This document shows positions 1 through 9,851 of a DNA stretch of 23,736 bases, one piece after another (position 1 is the first letter of the stretch; every line of letters begins with the position of its first letter). The position numbers and the translations under genes are program-made. The DNA comes from Candidatus Zixiibacteriota bacterium (GTDB lineage Bacteria > Zixibacteria > MSB-5A5 > GN15 > FEB-12). The DNA lies in assembly GCA_041742355.1 (NCBI GenBank), contig JBGSIV010000063.1, positions 1-23,736 on the forward strand, written 5' to 3'. The notes under the pieces are model-generated. The model saw nothing but the letters and a program-made list of their open reading frames with translations. It ran no database searches and had not been told where the DNA came from.

Positions 1-1
1 G

Positions 2-2203
2 GTTGTCGACCGGGTTTCCGGTTTACCGCTGGCAGGAGCAACCGTTCGCCTGCACGAAGCCGCCCGCGCTACCGCCGCGGACAGCGCGGGAGACTTCGCC
101 TTCGCGAATGTACCGTTCGGAACCTACCGTATCAGCGTCTCCTTCCTCGGGTACGCCCCTTTTCATATGCGCAATGTCCGCCTGACCGCGGCCGACAGCA
201 TGGTGAACCTGCGGCTGACGCTGACACCGGCGCCGGTGGTGCGCAAGCCGATCGTGGTGCGCGGCTCGCGAGACCCCGAGAGCGATCGCGCCGGAACCGG
301 AACAATCGTGGTAACGGGAGAGACGGTTGCCGAACGACCGGCGAGCCTCAATGACATCAGCCGGGCGGTGTCGGGGATGGTTCCGGTGGCACGCTTCGAT
401 GACCGCTACCCGAGCTTGATCGTACGCGGGGGATCGGCCATCGAGAACGGGTTCTACGTCGACAACATCCCCCTGCCAACAATCAACCACTTTCCGTCAC
501 AGGGATCGGGCAGCGGCCCACTCGGAATACTGGGCGCGCACCTCATTGAAAACGCCCGGTTCTACGCCGGAGGTTTCCCGGTTGCCTTCGGAGACCGGCT
601 CTCATCCATTATCGATATCTCGCTGAAGGCCGGGAACCGGGATCGGTTCTCAGGCGTCGCATCGATCGATATTACGGGAGCTTCGGTGACTGCCGAGGGA
701 CCGCTGCCGAAAGGGGCCGGTTCGTTTCTGGTGTCGGGGCGGAAGGGATTTCTTAATCTGCTGCTGGAGATGCTCGATATTGAGTCGTCACCGGACTACT
801 CGGATCTGCACGCCAAGGCGACAATCGACCTGGACAGTCTCAACAGCCTGACGGTGCTCGGCGTCGCCGGCACGGGGGACTTTCACCTTTCCGAGAGTGT
901 CTCAGAGAACTGGGGCACGGATTTCAGCGGCACTATGGACTATCGCACGGGAACGATCGGTGTGAATCTCGACCATCACCGCCCGGGGAGAAGCCGCCGC
1001 CAGACGTCGCTCTCGGCCAGCCACACCGAACACGACGACGATCATTTCTTCGCCGGCACGAATCGCCGCGTTAACGAAAATTCGTCAATCGACGAGGCAG
1101 TGGTTCTGCGCCATGCGGCCTGGCAACAGGTCTCCACGCTCTTCTCGCTCCACTGTGGAGGGGAAGGCAGTCTCCGCAATGCCGACTACCATATTCTAAT
1201 CAACCCGTTCAGCGATGAAGGGGGATATCTCAGCGACACGGTCGTGATCAACGCGACCGAGCAGTACGCCGATGTCGGACTGTGGCTGCAGACCGATTGG
1301 CGAGCGGGAAGCCGGTGCACCATCGGACTGGGTTTGCGTTACGACCGATGGGGATTCGCCGGGCAACAGCATCTGTCGCCGAGGGGATCGATTGAGTACC
1401 GGTTGAGCGAGGCGATGATCCTGTACACTTCCCTGGGTATGTATCGCCAGAGCCTGCCGCTGTCGCTGTTGCTGCAACAGGAGGAGAACCATGACCTTGA
1501 AGGTCCCCGGGCCATCCATGCTGTCACCGGGTTCTCGCACCGGATTGGCGGCAGTATCCGCCTCGGACTGGAGGGGTACGTCAAAGACTACGACCACATG
1601 CCGATGGATTCCGCGCGCCCGACCGTGTTTGTGCTCGATGAGCTGGTGTACGACTACGGCTTCATGCCAGGCCACGGACCTCTGACAGCGAACGGCCAGG
1701 CCGGAGTGCGAGGAATCGAGGCCTCGCTCGATGTATCGCTGTTCAACCGACTGCTCCTGGGGCTCAGCGGGGCGGTGTCCCGGGCGTGGTACGATGACTA
1801 TGGGGGCGTACGACGCAATCGGATCATCGATAACGGCGTTGCCCTGGACTTCGAATCCCGCTACCGTCCCTCGGCGGGATGGCAACTCAGCGGGCGCTGG
1901 GTCTACGGCGGCGGGCGACCGTTCACTCCCTATGACATGGAATTGACCACTCGCTATAATGCCGCTGTCTTCGACTACGATCAGGCGAACGAAGTGCGAT
2001 ATCCGGCCTACCACAGCCTCAATGTCCGTCTTCAGAAAGAATTCGTCTTCTCGGGATCGTTCCTCGTCGTCTACGGCGAAGTGTGGAACGCCTATGATCG
2101 AGAGAACGTCGCCGCGAGCTACTGGGACAGCGGGGACCGACGCATCGAGACCTACCACCAGTTCCCGCGTATTCCGGTGCTCGGGGTTGAGTACCGTTTC
2201 TGA
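2..2203 (+). CDS. TonB-dependent receptor with N-terminal carboxypeptidase-regulatory-like domain (5'-truncated by the window edge)
   Basis: The frame is open from position 2 (VVDRVSGLPLAGATVRL...GDFAFANVPFGTYRISVSFLGY), so the listed 167 start is internal. It has a plug motif (LIVRGGSAIENGFYVDNIP...NHF; FYAGGFPVAFGDRLSSII), beta-barrel strands and a C-terminal Phe (LGVEYRF). Confidence 0.92.
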   Translation, partial: VVDRVSGLPLAGATVRLHEAARATAADSAGDFAFANVPFGTYRISVSFLGYAPFHMRNVRLTAADSMVNLRLTLTPAPVVRKPIVVRGSRDPESDRAGTGTIVVTGETVAERPASLNDISRAVSGMVPVARFDDRYPSLIVRGGSAIENGFYVDNIPLPTINHFPSQGSGSGPLGILGAHLIENARFYAGGFPVAFGDRLSSIIDISLKAGNRDRFSGVASIDITGASVTAEGPLPKGAGSFLVSGRKGFLNLLLEMLDIESSPDYSDLHAKATIDLDSLNSLTVLGVAGTGDFHLSESVSENWGTDFSGTMDYRTGTIGVNLDHHRPGRSRRQTSLSASHTEHDDDHFFAGTNRRVNENSSIDEAVVLRHAAWQQVSTLFSLHCGGEGSLRNADYHILINPFSDEGGYLSDTVVINATEQYADVGLWLQTDWRAGSRCTIGLGLRYDRWGFAGQQHLSPRGSIEYRLSEAMILYTSLGMYRQSLPLSLLLQQEENHDLEGPRAIHAVTGFSHRIGGSIRLGLEGYVKDYDHMPMDSARPTVFVLDELVYDYGFMPGHGPLTANGQAGVRGIEASLDVSLFNRLLLGLSGAVSRAWYDDYGGVRRNRIIDNGVALDFESRYRPSAGWQLSGRWVYGGGRPFTPYDMELTTRYNAAVFDYDQANEVRYPAYHSLNVRLQKEFVFSGSFLVVYGEVWNAYDRENVAASYWDSGDRRIETYHQFPRIPVLGVEYRF

Positions 2204-2273
2204 TCTCTGTTGACACAATTCGGCCGCACACCGATCTTGGCGGAGTTGACAGAACTTCCCAAGGAGCGCCACC

Positions 2274-2606
2274 ATGCCCTACAAACCGAGTCGCTGTATC
2301 TGTATCGAGACTCCCCGTCAGAGAGAAGCCGTTGAGTTCTACACCAAAGTGCTGGGCCTGCGGGTGCGGGCCGATAACGACATCTCGGTTGAACTGGCGG
2401 CCGACCCGATCCGCCTGTTCGTCGACAAGCGTGCCCATTCGCTGATCGTATTCGAGCTCCTCGTGCCCGACGTCGAAGCGGCGCGGGAGGACCTGGTGGC
2501 GAAAGGGTGCACTGTGGTGCGCTGGGAAGGAAGCGGAAGGGCTTGCTACCTCCGGGATCCGTTCGGCCTCGTATTCAACCTCTATGAAGTGGAATGGCCG
2601 CGGTGA
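2274..2606 (+). CDS. VOC (glyoxalase/bleomycin-resistance) family protein
   Basis: AVEFYTKVLGL and YLRDPFGLVFNL motifs; AAGGAG RBS at 2261-2266. Confidence 0.88.
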   Translation: MPYKPSRCICIETPRQREAVEFYTKVLGLRVRADNDISVELAADPIRLFVDKRAHSLIVFELLVPDVEAAREDLVAKGCTVVRWEGSGRACYLRDPFGLVFNLYEVEWPR

Positions 2607-3811
2607 ATTTGGCCCCCGGGTACAGGCAGTCGCTCTGGTGGCTTCTGGGAGTGATCACGGCGATTGGAGGCGGACTGATGGTCGCCGGGGTTCTCCACTG
2701 GGAGCCCTGGGGTGACGAGCGCCACTTTGCCGAAACGGTCCGGCTGTTCGCTAACGAGCCAACCCTTGCGACCCTGCGAACCTACCCCGAGATGTCGGGT
2801 CCGCTCCCCTTCGCGCTCTACGCGCTATGGGGCATGCTGGCCGGGTTGGAACTGCCCTCCCTGCGCGTTCTTTCATTGCTTATCGCCCCCGCTTCGTACC
2901 TACTCTGCCACCGCATCGTGTGGTTGGTATTTCGTAACGGGATAGCGGCGTTACTGTTGACGCTGTTTCTCGCCCTGCATCCTTACATGATCGGATTCTC
3001 GGTCTTTGTCTTCACCGACGGTCCGGCCATTCTCTTCGTGTTGATCGCGCTGCTCGGAGCAGTGCGTGATCGGCCGATGATCGTATTTGTCGGGTTGGCC
3101 GGGGCCTTGCTCAGTCGACAGTACCTTGTGTTTCTGCCTGCGGCGATTATCGGGTGGACCCTGACCACACTCGCCGATCCCAATCAGCGGCGGCCGGCAT
3201 TCGAGCTGCTGGTAGCTGCTCTCGTGGCTACCTTGCCCCTGGCTCTCCTGACGCTTCTCTGGGGTGGGCTGAGTCCCGACAACAATCTGCGCCGGCTTTA
3301 CCTGAACGAAGGGCTATCCTTCCATCCTGACTTCCTCGTGCTCTATATCAGCCTGCTCTTCCTTTACCTGCTGCCGGTCGTGGCGTTCAGCTGGCGGCAG
3401 GTGTACGGCGATTGGCGAGTCAACGCAGTCGCCCTCGTGCTGGGTCCATCGTACTTTTTGTTCCCGGTCGGAGCTTCACCGTACGCCAGGGATATCGGGG
3501 TTCACACGGTCGGGCTGTTCCACAAAGCGCTGGTGGCGCTGAACGGCCCGGCCTGGATTCCTCACGCAGTCTTCTTCCTCGGTTTCGTGCTGGGCTTGCC
3601 GATTGTCATCCAGGTAGTCAGGAGCGCCCACGCTCGCATTCGCGCGGGGCAACGTGATCTACCGCTTCTTCTCGACCTGTCCATCCTGCTGTTTCTGATT
3701 GTCATGCCGTTCTCATATCTCAATTGGGAGAAGTACCTCTTGCCGCTGGTGCCGCTCGCGGCCATTCGCATAGCTGCGCTGCGCCTCCCGATCGCTTCGC
3801 CCACAAAGTAG
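2594..3811 (+). CDS. Polytopic GT-C fold glycosyltransferase (ArnT/PMT/ALG10-like)
   Basis: About 10-11 hydrophobic segments; DE motif in the first loop (WGDERHF), plus VFTD, RQY and WEKYLLP; overlaps the VOC stop by 13 nt. Confidence 0.72.
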   Translation: MAAVNLAPGYRQSLWWLLGVITAIGGGLMVAGVLHWEPWGDERHFAETVRLFANEPTLATLRTYPEMSGPLPFALYALWGMLAGLELPSLRVLSLLIAPASYLLCHRIVWLVFRNGIAALLLTLFLALHPYMIGFSVFVFTDGPAILFVLIALLGAVRDRPMIVFVGLAGALLSRQYLVFLPAAIIGWTLTTLADPNQRRPAFELLVAALVATLPLALLTLLWGGLSPDNNLRRLYLNEGLSFHPDFLVLYISLLFLYLLPVVAFSWRQVYGDWRVNAVALVLGPSYFLFPVGASPYARDIGVHTVGLFHKALVALNGPAWIPHAVFFLGFVLGLPIVIQVVRSAHARIRAGQRDLPLLLDLSILLFLIVMPFSYLNWEKYLLPLVPLAAIRIAALRLPIASPTK

Positions 3812-3814
3812 CCT

Positions 3815-4915
3815 CTAGGCCATCCGCTTGGAGAAGCGGAGCACGGATATGCCCATGACCACGACGGCAAAAAGCACGAGCGCGCGAACCTGCACGATGA
3901 GATCAAGGAAACCGGCCCCCCGCATCATTATCCCCCGCGCAATGTCCAGAAAGAACCGCATCGGGTTGGCCCAGGTGAGATACTGTGTCCACATCGGCAT
4001 GTTCGAGACCGGTGTGAACAGACCCGACGTGAGCAGGGCGAAGACCGAGAAGAACCAGGCGAAAAACATCGCCTGCTGCTGTGTCGAGGTGATGGTCGAG
4101 AAGAACAACCCGATGCCGAGGGTGGTGAGGAGATAGAGACCGGAAAGAGCGAACAAGAGCGGCACCGACCCGGCGAAGGGGACGTTAAACCAGAGAATTC
4201 CGAATGTCAGGGCCAGAACCATCTCGAACATACCGAGCACGGCAAACGGGATGAGTTTGCCGAGCAGGAGCGTCCAGTTCGACATCGGGGTGACCATGAG
4301 CTGCTCAAGCGTCCCGCGCTCCCGTTCCCGGACAATAGCCATCGACGTGAGCATGACCGTGACCATGGTCAAGAGGGCGGCGACAATGCCGGGAACCATG
4401 AAATAGACTGATTCCATCTCCGGGTTGTAGAGCACCTGGTACCGGAGTTCCAGCGGGATTGCTACATCTTTCACATCGCGGGCGTACTGGGTCGAGATAC
4501 GTGCTGCGTACCCCAGGCCGATCGCGGCCGTGGAGGAGTTGGAACCGTCGGCAATGAGGCCAACGGTCGCTATGCTCCCACCCGTGAGCCCGCGGGTGAA
4601 GTCCGGGGGGATTATCATCGCCATCTCAGCTTCGTTTCGCTTGAACCGCTCTTCAATATCCAGTATCGAGAACGGCGCCGGTTGCGGAGTGAAGTAGCCG
4701 CCCGCCTCAAGGGCATCGACATAATGGCGCGAAACAGCGCTCTGGTCGAAGTCGTACACATCGAGGGCGATCTGCCGAACCTCGGTGTTGGCGACATAGC
4801 CGAAAATGAGCAGCTGGATAATCGGCATGGCAAAGATGATCCGCAGCATGTTGCGGTCGCGGAAGACCTGGATAAACTCCTTGCGGATCAGGCCGCGGAG
4901 GGCGCGCACTTGCAT
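3815..4915 (-). CDS. ABC-2 type transporter permease (YbhR-like)
   Basis: LIRKEFIQVFRD start; IVRERERGTLEQLMVTP signature; large periplasmic loop followed by TM helices. Confidence 0.93.
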   Translation of the reverse strand: MQVRALRGLIRKEFIQVFRDRNMLRIIFAMPIIQLLIFGYVANTEVRQIALDVYDFDQSAVSRHYVDALEAGGYFTPQPAPFSILDIEERFKRNEAEMAMIIPPDFTRGLTGGSIATVGLIADGSNSSTAAIGLGYAARISTQYARDVKDVAIPLELRYQVLYNPEMESVYFMVPGIVAALLTMVTVMLTSMAIVRERERGTLEQLMVTPMSNWTLLLGKLIPFAVLGMFEMVLALTFGILWFNVPFAGSVPLLFALSGLYLLTTLGIGLFFSTITSTQQQAMFFAWFFSVFALLTSGLFTPVSNMPMWTQYLTWANPMRFFLDIARGIMMRGAGFLDLIVQVRALVLFAVVVMGISVLRFSKRMA

Positions 4916-4916
4916 G

Positions 4917-6023
4917 TCAGGCTACCTTCATTTTGAATTTCCGCGCGGCGATCGTCATCATGATGAGCATGAGGCCGACCAGGGCGAGGCCCTGGAAGAT
5001 CAGCGCTTCGGCGCCGGCTCCTTTGAGCATGATCCCGCGGATGATGCGCACGAAGTAGCGGGCGGGAATGATGTAGCTGATCCCGTGCAACACCGGAGGC
5101 ATATTCTTGATCGCGAAAATGAACCCGGAGAGCATGACCGACGGGAGCATGGTTGCGGTCAGAGCGAACATCATGGCTACCTGCTGCGTCTGCACAAGCG
5201 ACGAAATGAGAATGCCGAGCGCCAGTGACGCCCCGATGTAGATGAGAGAATAGAGCAGCATGAGCAGGTGGGAGCCGAGAAAAGGAACGTCGAAAACAAT
5301 TCGGGCGATCACGACTATAAGCGCGCCATCGAGCAGGGCGATAAACACGTACGGAATGATCTTGCCAATGAGGATCTGCACCGGCGTTACCGGGGCGGTG
5401 AGCAACTGCTCCATCGTACCGGTTTCCTTCTCACGGGCGATCGTGATCGACGTGAGCAGCGCCGAGATCATCACGAGAATGAGGGCAATCAGGCCCGGAA
5501 CGAAGAACTGGGCTGACTTGAGATCGGGATTGTAAAGAACCTGGGTCGTCAGGCGGATACCCCCGGATACCTGACCGGCGGGAAGCAGTTCGAGCGCTGA
5601 AGTCAACAGCAGCCCCTGGGAGTAGTTTTGCACCGCGGCCGCAATATTGTTGTCGGAGCCGTCGATAAACATCCCCAGCGCGAACTCCCGGCCGGTACGC
5701 AGCGCCTCACCATATCCGGGCCGGATCACGAGTACGGCATGCGCGTCCCCCGATTTGAGAATGGCCTCCGAATCCCCTTGGTCAACCGCCGCCCGCGGCT
5801 CCGAGAAGTAAGTGGAGCTGTAGAAAGCGTCGATCAGGTCCTTTGATTCGGTGCTCCGGTCATAATCGACCACCGCGAGGCGGATATTCTCGATATCCAT
5901 ATTGATCGCAAAGCCGTAGAGGAACGTCATGAGCACCGGCATGGCGATTACGATCATCAATGATCGGGGATCGCGCAGGATGTGGTAGATCTCCTTGCGG
6001 GCGATATAATAGATCTTACGCAT
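4917..6023 (-). CDS. ABC-2 type transporter permease (YbhS-like)
   Basis: IARKEIYHILRDPRSL; IAREKETGTMEQLLTAP; LYNPDLKS...FVPGL. Confidence 0.93.
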   Translation of the reverse strand: MRKIYYIARKEIYHILRDPRSLMIVIAMPVLMTFLYGFAINMDIENIRLAVVDYDRSTESKDLIDAFYSSTYFSEPRAAVDQGDSEAILKSGDAHAVLVIRPGYGEALRTGREFALGMFIDGSDNNIAAAVQNYSQGLLLTSALELLPAGQVSGGIRLTTQVLYNPDLKSAQFFVPGLIALILVMISALLTSITIAREKETGTMEQLLTAPVTPVQILIGKIIPYVFIALLDGALIVVIARIVFDVPFLGSHLLMLLYSLIYIGASLALGILISSLVQTQQVAMMFALTATMLPSVMLSGFIFAIKNMPPVLHGISYIIPARYFVRIIRGIMLKGAGAEALIFQGLALVGLMLIMMTIAARKFKMKVA

Positions 6024-6759
6024 TGCGTGACTCCTCGGCGCTGATCAGGTGAACGAATGTCTCCTCGAGATTGGCTTGTCCATGCTGGCGGACGATGTCG
6101 AAAGGTCGTCCGAGCTCGACGATACGCCCACGATGCATGATCGAGATGCGGTCGCAGTACTCGGCCTCGTCCATGTAGTGCGTGGTGACAAAAACCGTAA
6201 CGCCCTCAGCCGCCAGTTCGTAAAGGACCTCCCAGAACCGGCGGCGGAAAACCGGATCGACGCCGCTGGTCGGCTCATCGAGAAAGAGGATGCGTGGTTC
6301 GTGAAGCAGGGCGACACCGAGCGCGAGGCGCTGGCGCCAGCCGGTTGGCAACGCACCGCTGGGGCGGTCGAGGAACTCGGCCAAACCCAGCCGCTCGGAC
6401 AACTCACCGATCCGACGGGTAATACGTGCACTGTCGAGATCGTAAGCCGCGCCATAAAAGCGCATGTTGTCGCGGCCGCTCAGGTCGGGGTAGAGGGAGA
6501 ACTTCTGCGACATGTACCCGATAGACCGCTTGATCTGCTCCGATTCGGTGAAGACATCGTAGCCGGCGACCGTGCCCACACCTGAGGTGGGAAGAAGCAG
6601 CCCGGTGAGCATGCGGATGGTCGTCGTCTTGCCGGCGCCGTTGGCGCCGAGGAAACCAAAGGTCTCTCCCTGCTCGACTGTCAGCGAGATGTCGTCAACC
6701 GCCTTGAACTGGCCGAAATGCCGGGACAGACGGTCAATGGTGACGGCGGATTCGCTCAT
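6016..6759 (-). CDS. ABC transporter ATP-binding protein
   Basis: Walker A GANGAGKTT, Q-loop YMSQKFSLY, degenerate signature LPTGWRQR, Walker B LFLDEPTSGVDP, H-loop TTHYMDEAE. Confidence 0.95.
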   Translation of the reverse strand: MSESAVTIDRLSRHFGQFKAVDDISLTVEQGETFGFLGANGAGKTTTIRMLTGLLLPTSGVGTVAGYDVFTESEQIKRSIGYMSQKFSLYPDLSGRDNMRFYGAAYDLDSARITRRIGELSERLGLAEFLDRPSGALPTGWRQRLALGVALLHEPRILFLDEPTSGVDPVFRRRFWEVLYELAAEGVTVFVTTHYMDEAEYCDRISIMHRGRIVELGRPFDIVRQHGQANLEETFVHLISAEESRNA

Positions 6760-7670
6760 GCCGACCTCTCCATCTGCTGAATGAAGGAATCTTCGAGGTC
6801 CGGCTCGACCCGGGTGATGAGGCTCCGGGTGATGCCGACCGCCGCGAGAGCGTCCAGGTGACGGTCAATGGAGTCGCCACGCGCGAGGTAGAGGTGCAGG
6901 CCTGCGCCGAAACGACGGGCCCGGATACCGGGAAGTGCATCCAGCCGAAGAATGAGCGCGGCGTCGGCGAGGGTATCGACGAAAAAAACCTCGCCGTCGA
7001 ACAGGGCCGTCAGTTCGCGCGGTGTTCCCTCGGCCAGCCTGACGCCATCGAAGATGAACGACCCGCGGTCGGCACGCGCCACCTCGTCCATATAAGGAGT
7101 CGTTACGACAATCGCGACGCCCTCCCTTTTCAGTTCGAGGAGAATCTCCCAGAACTGGCGTCGCGAAAGCGGATCGACGCCGGTGGTCGGCTCATCCAGG
7201 AGCAGCAGTTTGGGATCGTGCATGAGGGCACAGGAAAGGGCGAGCTTCTGCTTCATGCCGCCGGAGAGGGCGGCCGCACGACGGTCAGCGAATGGCTTGA
7301 GATTCGAAAACTCGTAGAGGTGGTCTCGTCGTCGTTCATAGTCGCGGCCGCGAATGCCGTAAATGCCCGCGTAAAAGATCAGGTTCTCTTCGACGCTCAG
7401 ATCAGGGTACAGGGAGAACACCTGCGGCATGTAGCCGAGATCCGCTTTGAGCCGCGCGAATTCGGTACGCGCGTCACGGCGGTCGAAAAACACCTGACCC
7501 CGGTCGGGGGTGATGAGGTTGCATATCGAACGCATGATCGTGGTTTTACCGGCGCCGTCGGGCCCGACCAGCGCGTAGATCTCCCCTCGGGCAACACCGA
7601 AAGAGAAATCACGCACCGCCTGCACGGTGCCATAGGCTTTTGCCAGATGTTCCACTTCCAGATACGGCAT
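6756..7670 (-). CDS. ABC transporter ATP-binding protein
   Basis: Walker A GPDGAGKTT, LSGGMKQK, LLLDEPTTGVDP. The likely start is ATG at 7670 (MPYLEVEHL), which overlaps the HlyD stop as TAATG. Confidence 0.94.
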   Translation of the reverse strand: MPYLEVEHLAKAYGTVQAVRDFSFGVARGEIYALVGPDGAGKTTIMRSICNLITPDRGQVFFDRRDARTEFARLKADLGYMPQVFSLYPDLSVEENLIFYAGIYGIRGRDYERRRDHLYEFSNLKPFADRRAAALSGGMKQKLALSCALMHDPKLLLLDEPTTGVDPLSRRQFWEILLELKREGVAIVVTTPYMDEVARADRGSFIFDGVRLAEGTPRELTALFDGEVFFVDTLADAALILRLDALPGIRARRFGAGLHLYLARGDSIDRHLDALAAVGITRSLITRVEPDLEDSFIQQMERSA

Positions 7671-8548
7671 TACTGACCTATCGTCACGTAGACCGGCTGA
7701 CCGACCTTGAGCTGCTTCTGCTGGTTGGGCACGGTGACTTCCACCGCGTACACCAGGTCGGCGCGCGCCTTCTTGGTCTGGACGTTTTTCGGTGTGAATT
7801 CGGCTGCATCGGCCAGCCACGTGACCGTGCCGGTAAAGGTTGAATCGGCCTCGGTGTCGATTGTCGCCGTTTGACCGAGCGAGACGCGCGAGAAGTCAGC
7901 GGCGGGAAGATAGATCGTCACCCACACCGAGTCGAGCCGCGCTATGCGGGCGATCGGACGGCCGGGGGAGAGGAGTTCGCCGACATTGACATACTTTTCG
8001 GTGATCGTCCCGGACGCCGGTGCAGTCGGGTAGGCGTCGGCCAACTGGCGCCGGATACGCGCGATATCGGCATCAATACGAGTGAGCTCCGCCTGCAGCG
8101 ACGAAATCGATGCCTGCGCGGTATTGACCGCGATCTGAGCCTGCGCATTGCGATGTTTAATTTCATCGAGCTGCCGCTGCGTGCCGGTGCTGGATGCGAC
8201 GAGACGTTCAATACGGTTCAGTTCGGTCTGGGTGTAGGCTTCCGTTTCGCGGGCTTCTCTGAGGTGGAGCTGGGATGCGTTTAGTCGGGTGACCGCAACC
8301 TCGCGCCCTGCCTGCGCGGATGCCAGTTCGAGTTGCAGTTTGGTCGGATCGATGATCGCGAGCGTGTCGCCCGCGACAACGGCTGCGCCTTCGTCGAAAA
8401 ACAGACTGGTCACCTGCCCGGCGGTCTGGGCCGAGACTGTGACTTCGGTCGCCTCGATCATACCCGAGCCGGCGGGCACGCTCTGTTTGTCGGCGCAACT
8501 GACGACACCGACAGTCAGAGTAATGACGATAGGGAGGAGTAGTTTCAT
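7670..8548 (-). CDS. HlyD-family periplasmic adaptor (YbhG-like), probable lipoprotein
   Basis: Signal peptide ending VVSC; GSGMIEATEVTVSAQTAGQV; coiled-coil hairpin; AEFTPKNVQTKKARADLVY. Confidence 0.93.
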   Translation of the reverse strand: MKLLLPIVITLTVGVVSCADKQSVPAGSGMIEATEVTVSAQTAGQVTSLFFDEGAAVVAGDTLAIIDPTKLQLELASAQAGREVAVTRLNASQLHLREARETEAYTQTELNRIERLVASSTGTQRQLDEIKHRNAQAQIAVNTAQASISSLQAELTRIDADIARIRRQLADAYPTAPASGTITEKYVNVGELLSPGRPIARIARLDSVWVTIYLPAADFSRVSLGQTATIDTEADSTFTGTVTWLADAAEFTPKNVQTKKARADLVYAVEVTVPNQQKQLKVGQPVYVTIGQ

Positions 8549-8549
8549 A

Positions 8550-9851
8550 TCAGAAGCCTTCCGTGAGTTTGTCCGATCCCGTGGCGTAAAAGTACGCCGA
8601 CTGCGCTATGTAGAATCCGGCTTCGGCGGCAGCCACCGCCGCTTCGGCTTCAGAAAGCGTCGCTTCGATTTCGACGAGGCGATTTGAAGTCAGCGCCCCC
8701 TCGCGGTGCTGCGACTCGGCGAGGCGGTAATTACTCGACGTGATCCGATAGCGATCACGAGCGGTTTGGTACTGCTCGAAAGCGAGCTTGAGATTTTCCC
8801 ACGCGATCAGGCGCTGTTCGTCCAAGTCTTCCCGGACATTCTCGCGCTGGTGTTCGACAGCCCGGGCGGCATGATGCGAGCGATTGACCCGATGTCTGGT
8901 TTCAAAGCCGAGGTTGAAAGACCAGTCGAGGCGGGCGCCCACCTGCCAGAAGTCATTCCAGGTGTTGTTGAAACGGTCGAGATTGGGCATGCCGTAGGAG
9001 TATCCGCCGTAGGCCGCCAGCGACGGCCACCAGCCGGCCCGCGCTTGAGTCACTTCGGCCCGGCTTATGGCAAGAGCGGCTGAAGCGGCGCGCAACTCCG
9101 GGCGTTCCGACCCCGCAACGATTTCATCAGGGAGCGAGGGCTCAGGCGCCCTGGTGGTGAGGTTGAAGGATTCGCCGGCCGGTAGCCCCAGCACCTGCGC
9201 CAGTCGGATCTCGGCGGCGCGATGATCGTGCATCGCCTGTTCCAATCGAAACCGCGCCTCATTGACCGCCAGGGCGACTTCAAGGATCGCAACCGAATCG
9301 GCCGCGCCGGCTTCATAGAGAGATGCAACCGACTGCCGAATGACCCGGACTCGGCGCAACGATTGTTCGGCCGCCTGAACTTGGCGTTCGCCACGGTAGA
9401 CATTCAGGTACTCCAGGCGCGCGAGGTAGTAGACCTGATCCTCCTGGGCATCGACAAGCGCACGGCGGTACACCTCGCTCGCCATCGCCGCCCCGATTCC
9501 GCCGGAGATCCGTCCGCCGGTAAACAGCGGGATACTCAGTCGGAGGTCAGTCTGATAATTTGCCTTGGTCCCGAGCTCGCGGGTGATCGTAGCGCCGGTC
9601 AAAGGGATAGTCAGCGCCGCGATATCGGTATTGTAGAATGCCGTCGCAGTGGCCGCAAGCGTCGGAAAGCGGGCGGCGCGCGCCGTACCGACCACGGCCT
9701 GCGCGGCCTCCCGCTCGGCTTCGGCCCGCTGCAACTCGCGAGAGTGTTCCCTTGCCAGCGCCAGTGCGTCGGAAAGCGACAGGTCGCGGGCAAACGCGGG
9801 CGACATCGTAGACAGGCCCAGCGCCAGCAGTATTCCGGGAAGGTGCTTCAT
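8550..9851 (-). CDS. TolC-family outer membrane efflux protein
   Basis: Signal peptide; LSLSDALALAREHS; two OEP-like repeats (AARFPTL / AGWWPSL); operon position. Confidence 0.92.
   Translation of the reverse strand: MKHLPGILLALGLSTMSPAFARDLSLSDALALAREHSRELQRAEAEREAAQAVVGTARAARFPTLAATATAFYNTDIAALTIPLTGATITRELGTKANYQTDLRLSIPLFTGGRISGGIGAAMASEVYRRALVDAQEDQVYYLARLEYLNVYRGERQVQAAEQSLRRVRVIRQSVASLYEAGAADSVAILEVALAVNEARFRLEQAMHDHRAAEIRLAQVLGLPAGESFNLTTRAPEPSLPDEIVAGSERPELRAASAALAISRAEVTQARAGWWPSLAAYGGYSYGMPNLDRFNNTWNDFWQVGARLDWSFNLGFETRHRVNRSHHAARAVEHQRENVREDLDEQRLIAWENLKLAFEQYQTARDRYRITSSNYRLAESQHREGALTSNRLVEIEATLSEAEAAVAAAEAGFYIAQSAYFYATGSDKLTEGF

Noticed and set aside
2210..2253. Two TTGACA hexamers before the VOC gene
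   Set aside because: The only matching -10 is weak (GATCTT), which is too little to call a promoter.
1196..2275. 359-aa antisense ORF and similar long antisense ORFs over the ABC operon and homoaconitase
   Set aside because: These are expected in high-GC coding DNA and fully overlap well-supported genes.
6016..7670. Split ATPase as a frameshifted ybhF pseudogene
   Set aside because: Both genes have complete motifs and a clean ATGA coupling; two separate ATPase genes are a normal variant.
7671..7820. Extended start of the ABC ATPase
   Set aside because: It overlaps the HlyD 3' end; the TAATG coupling at 7670 gives a normal N-terminus.
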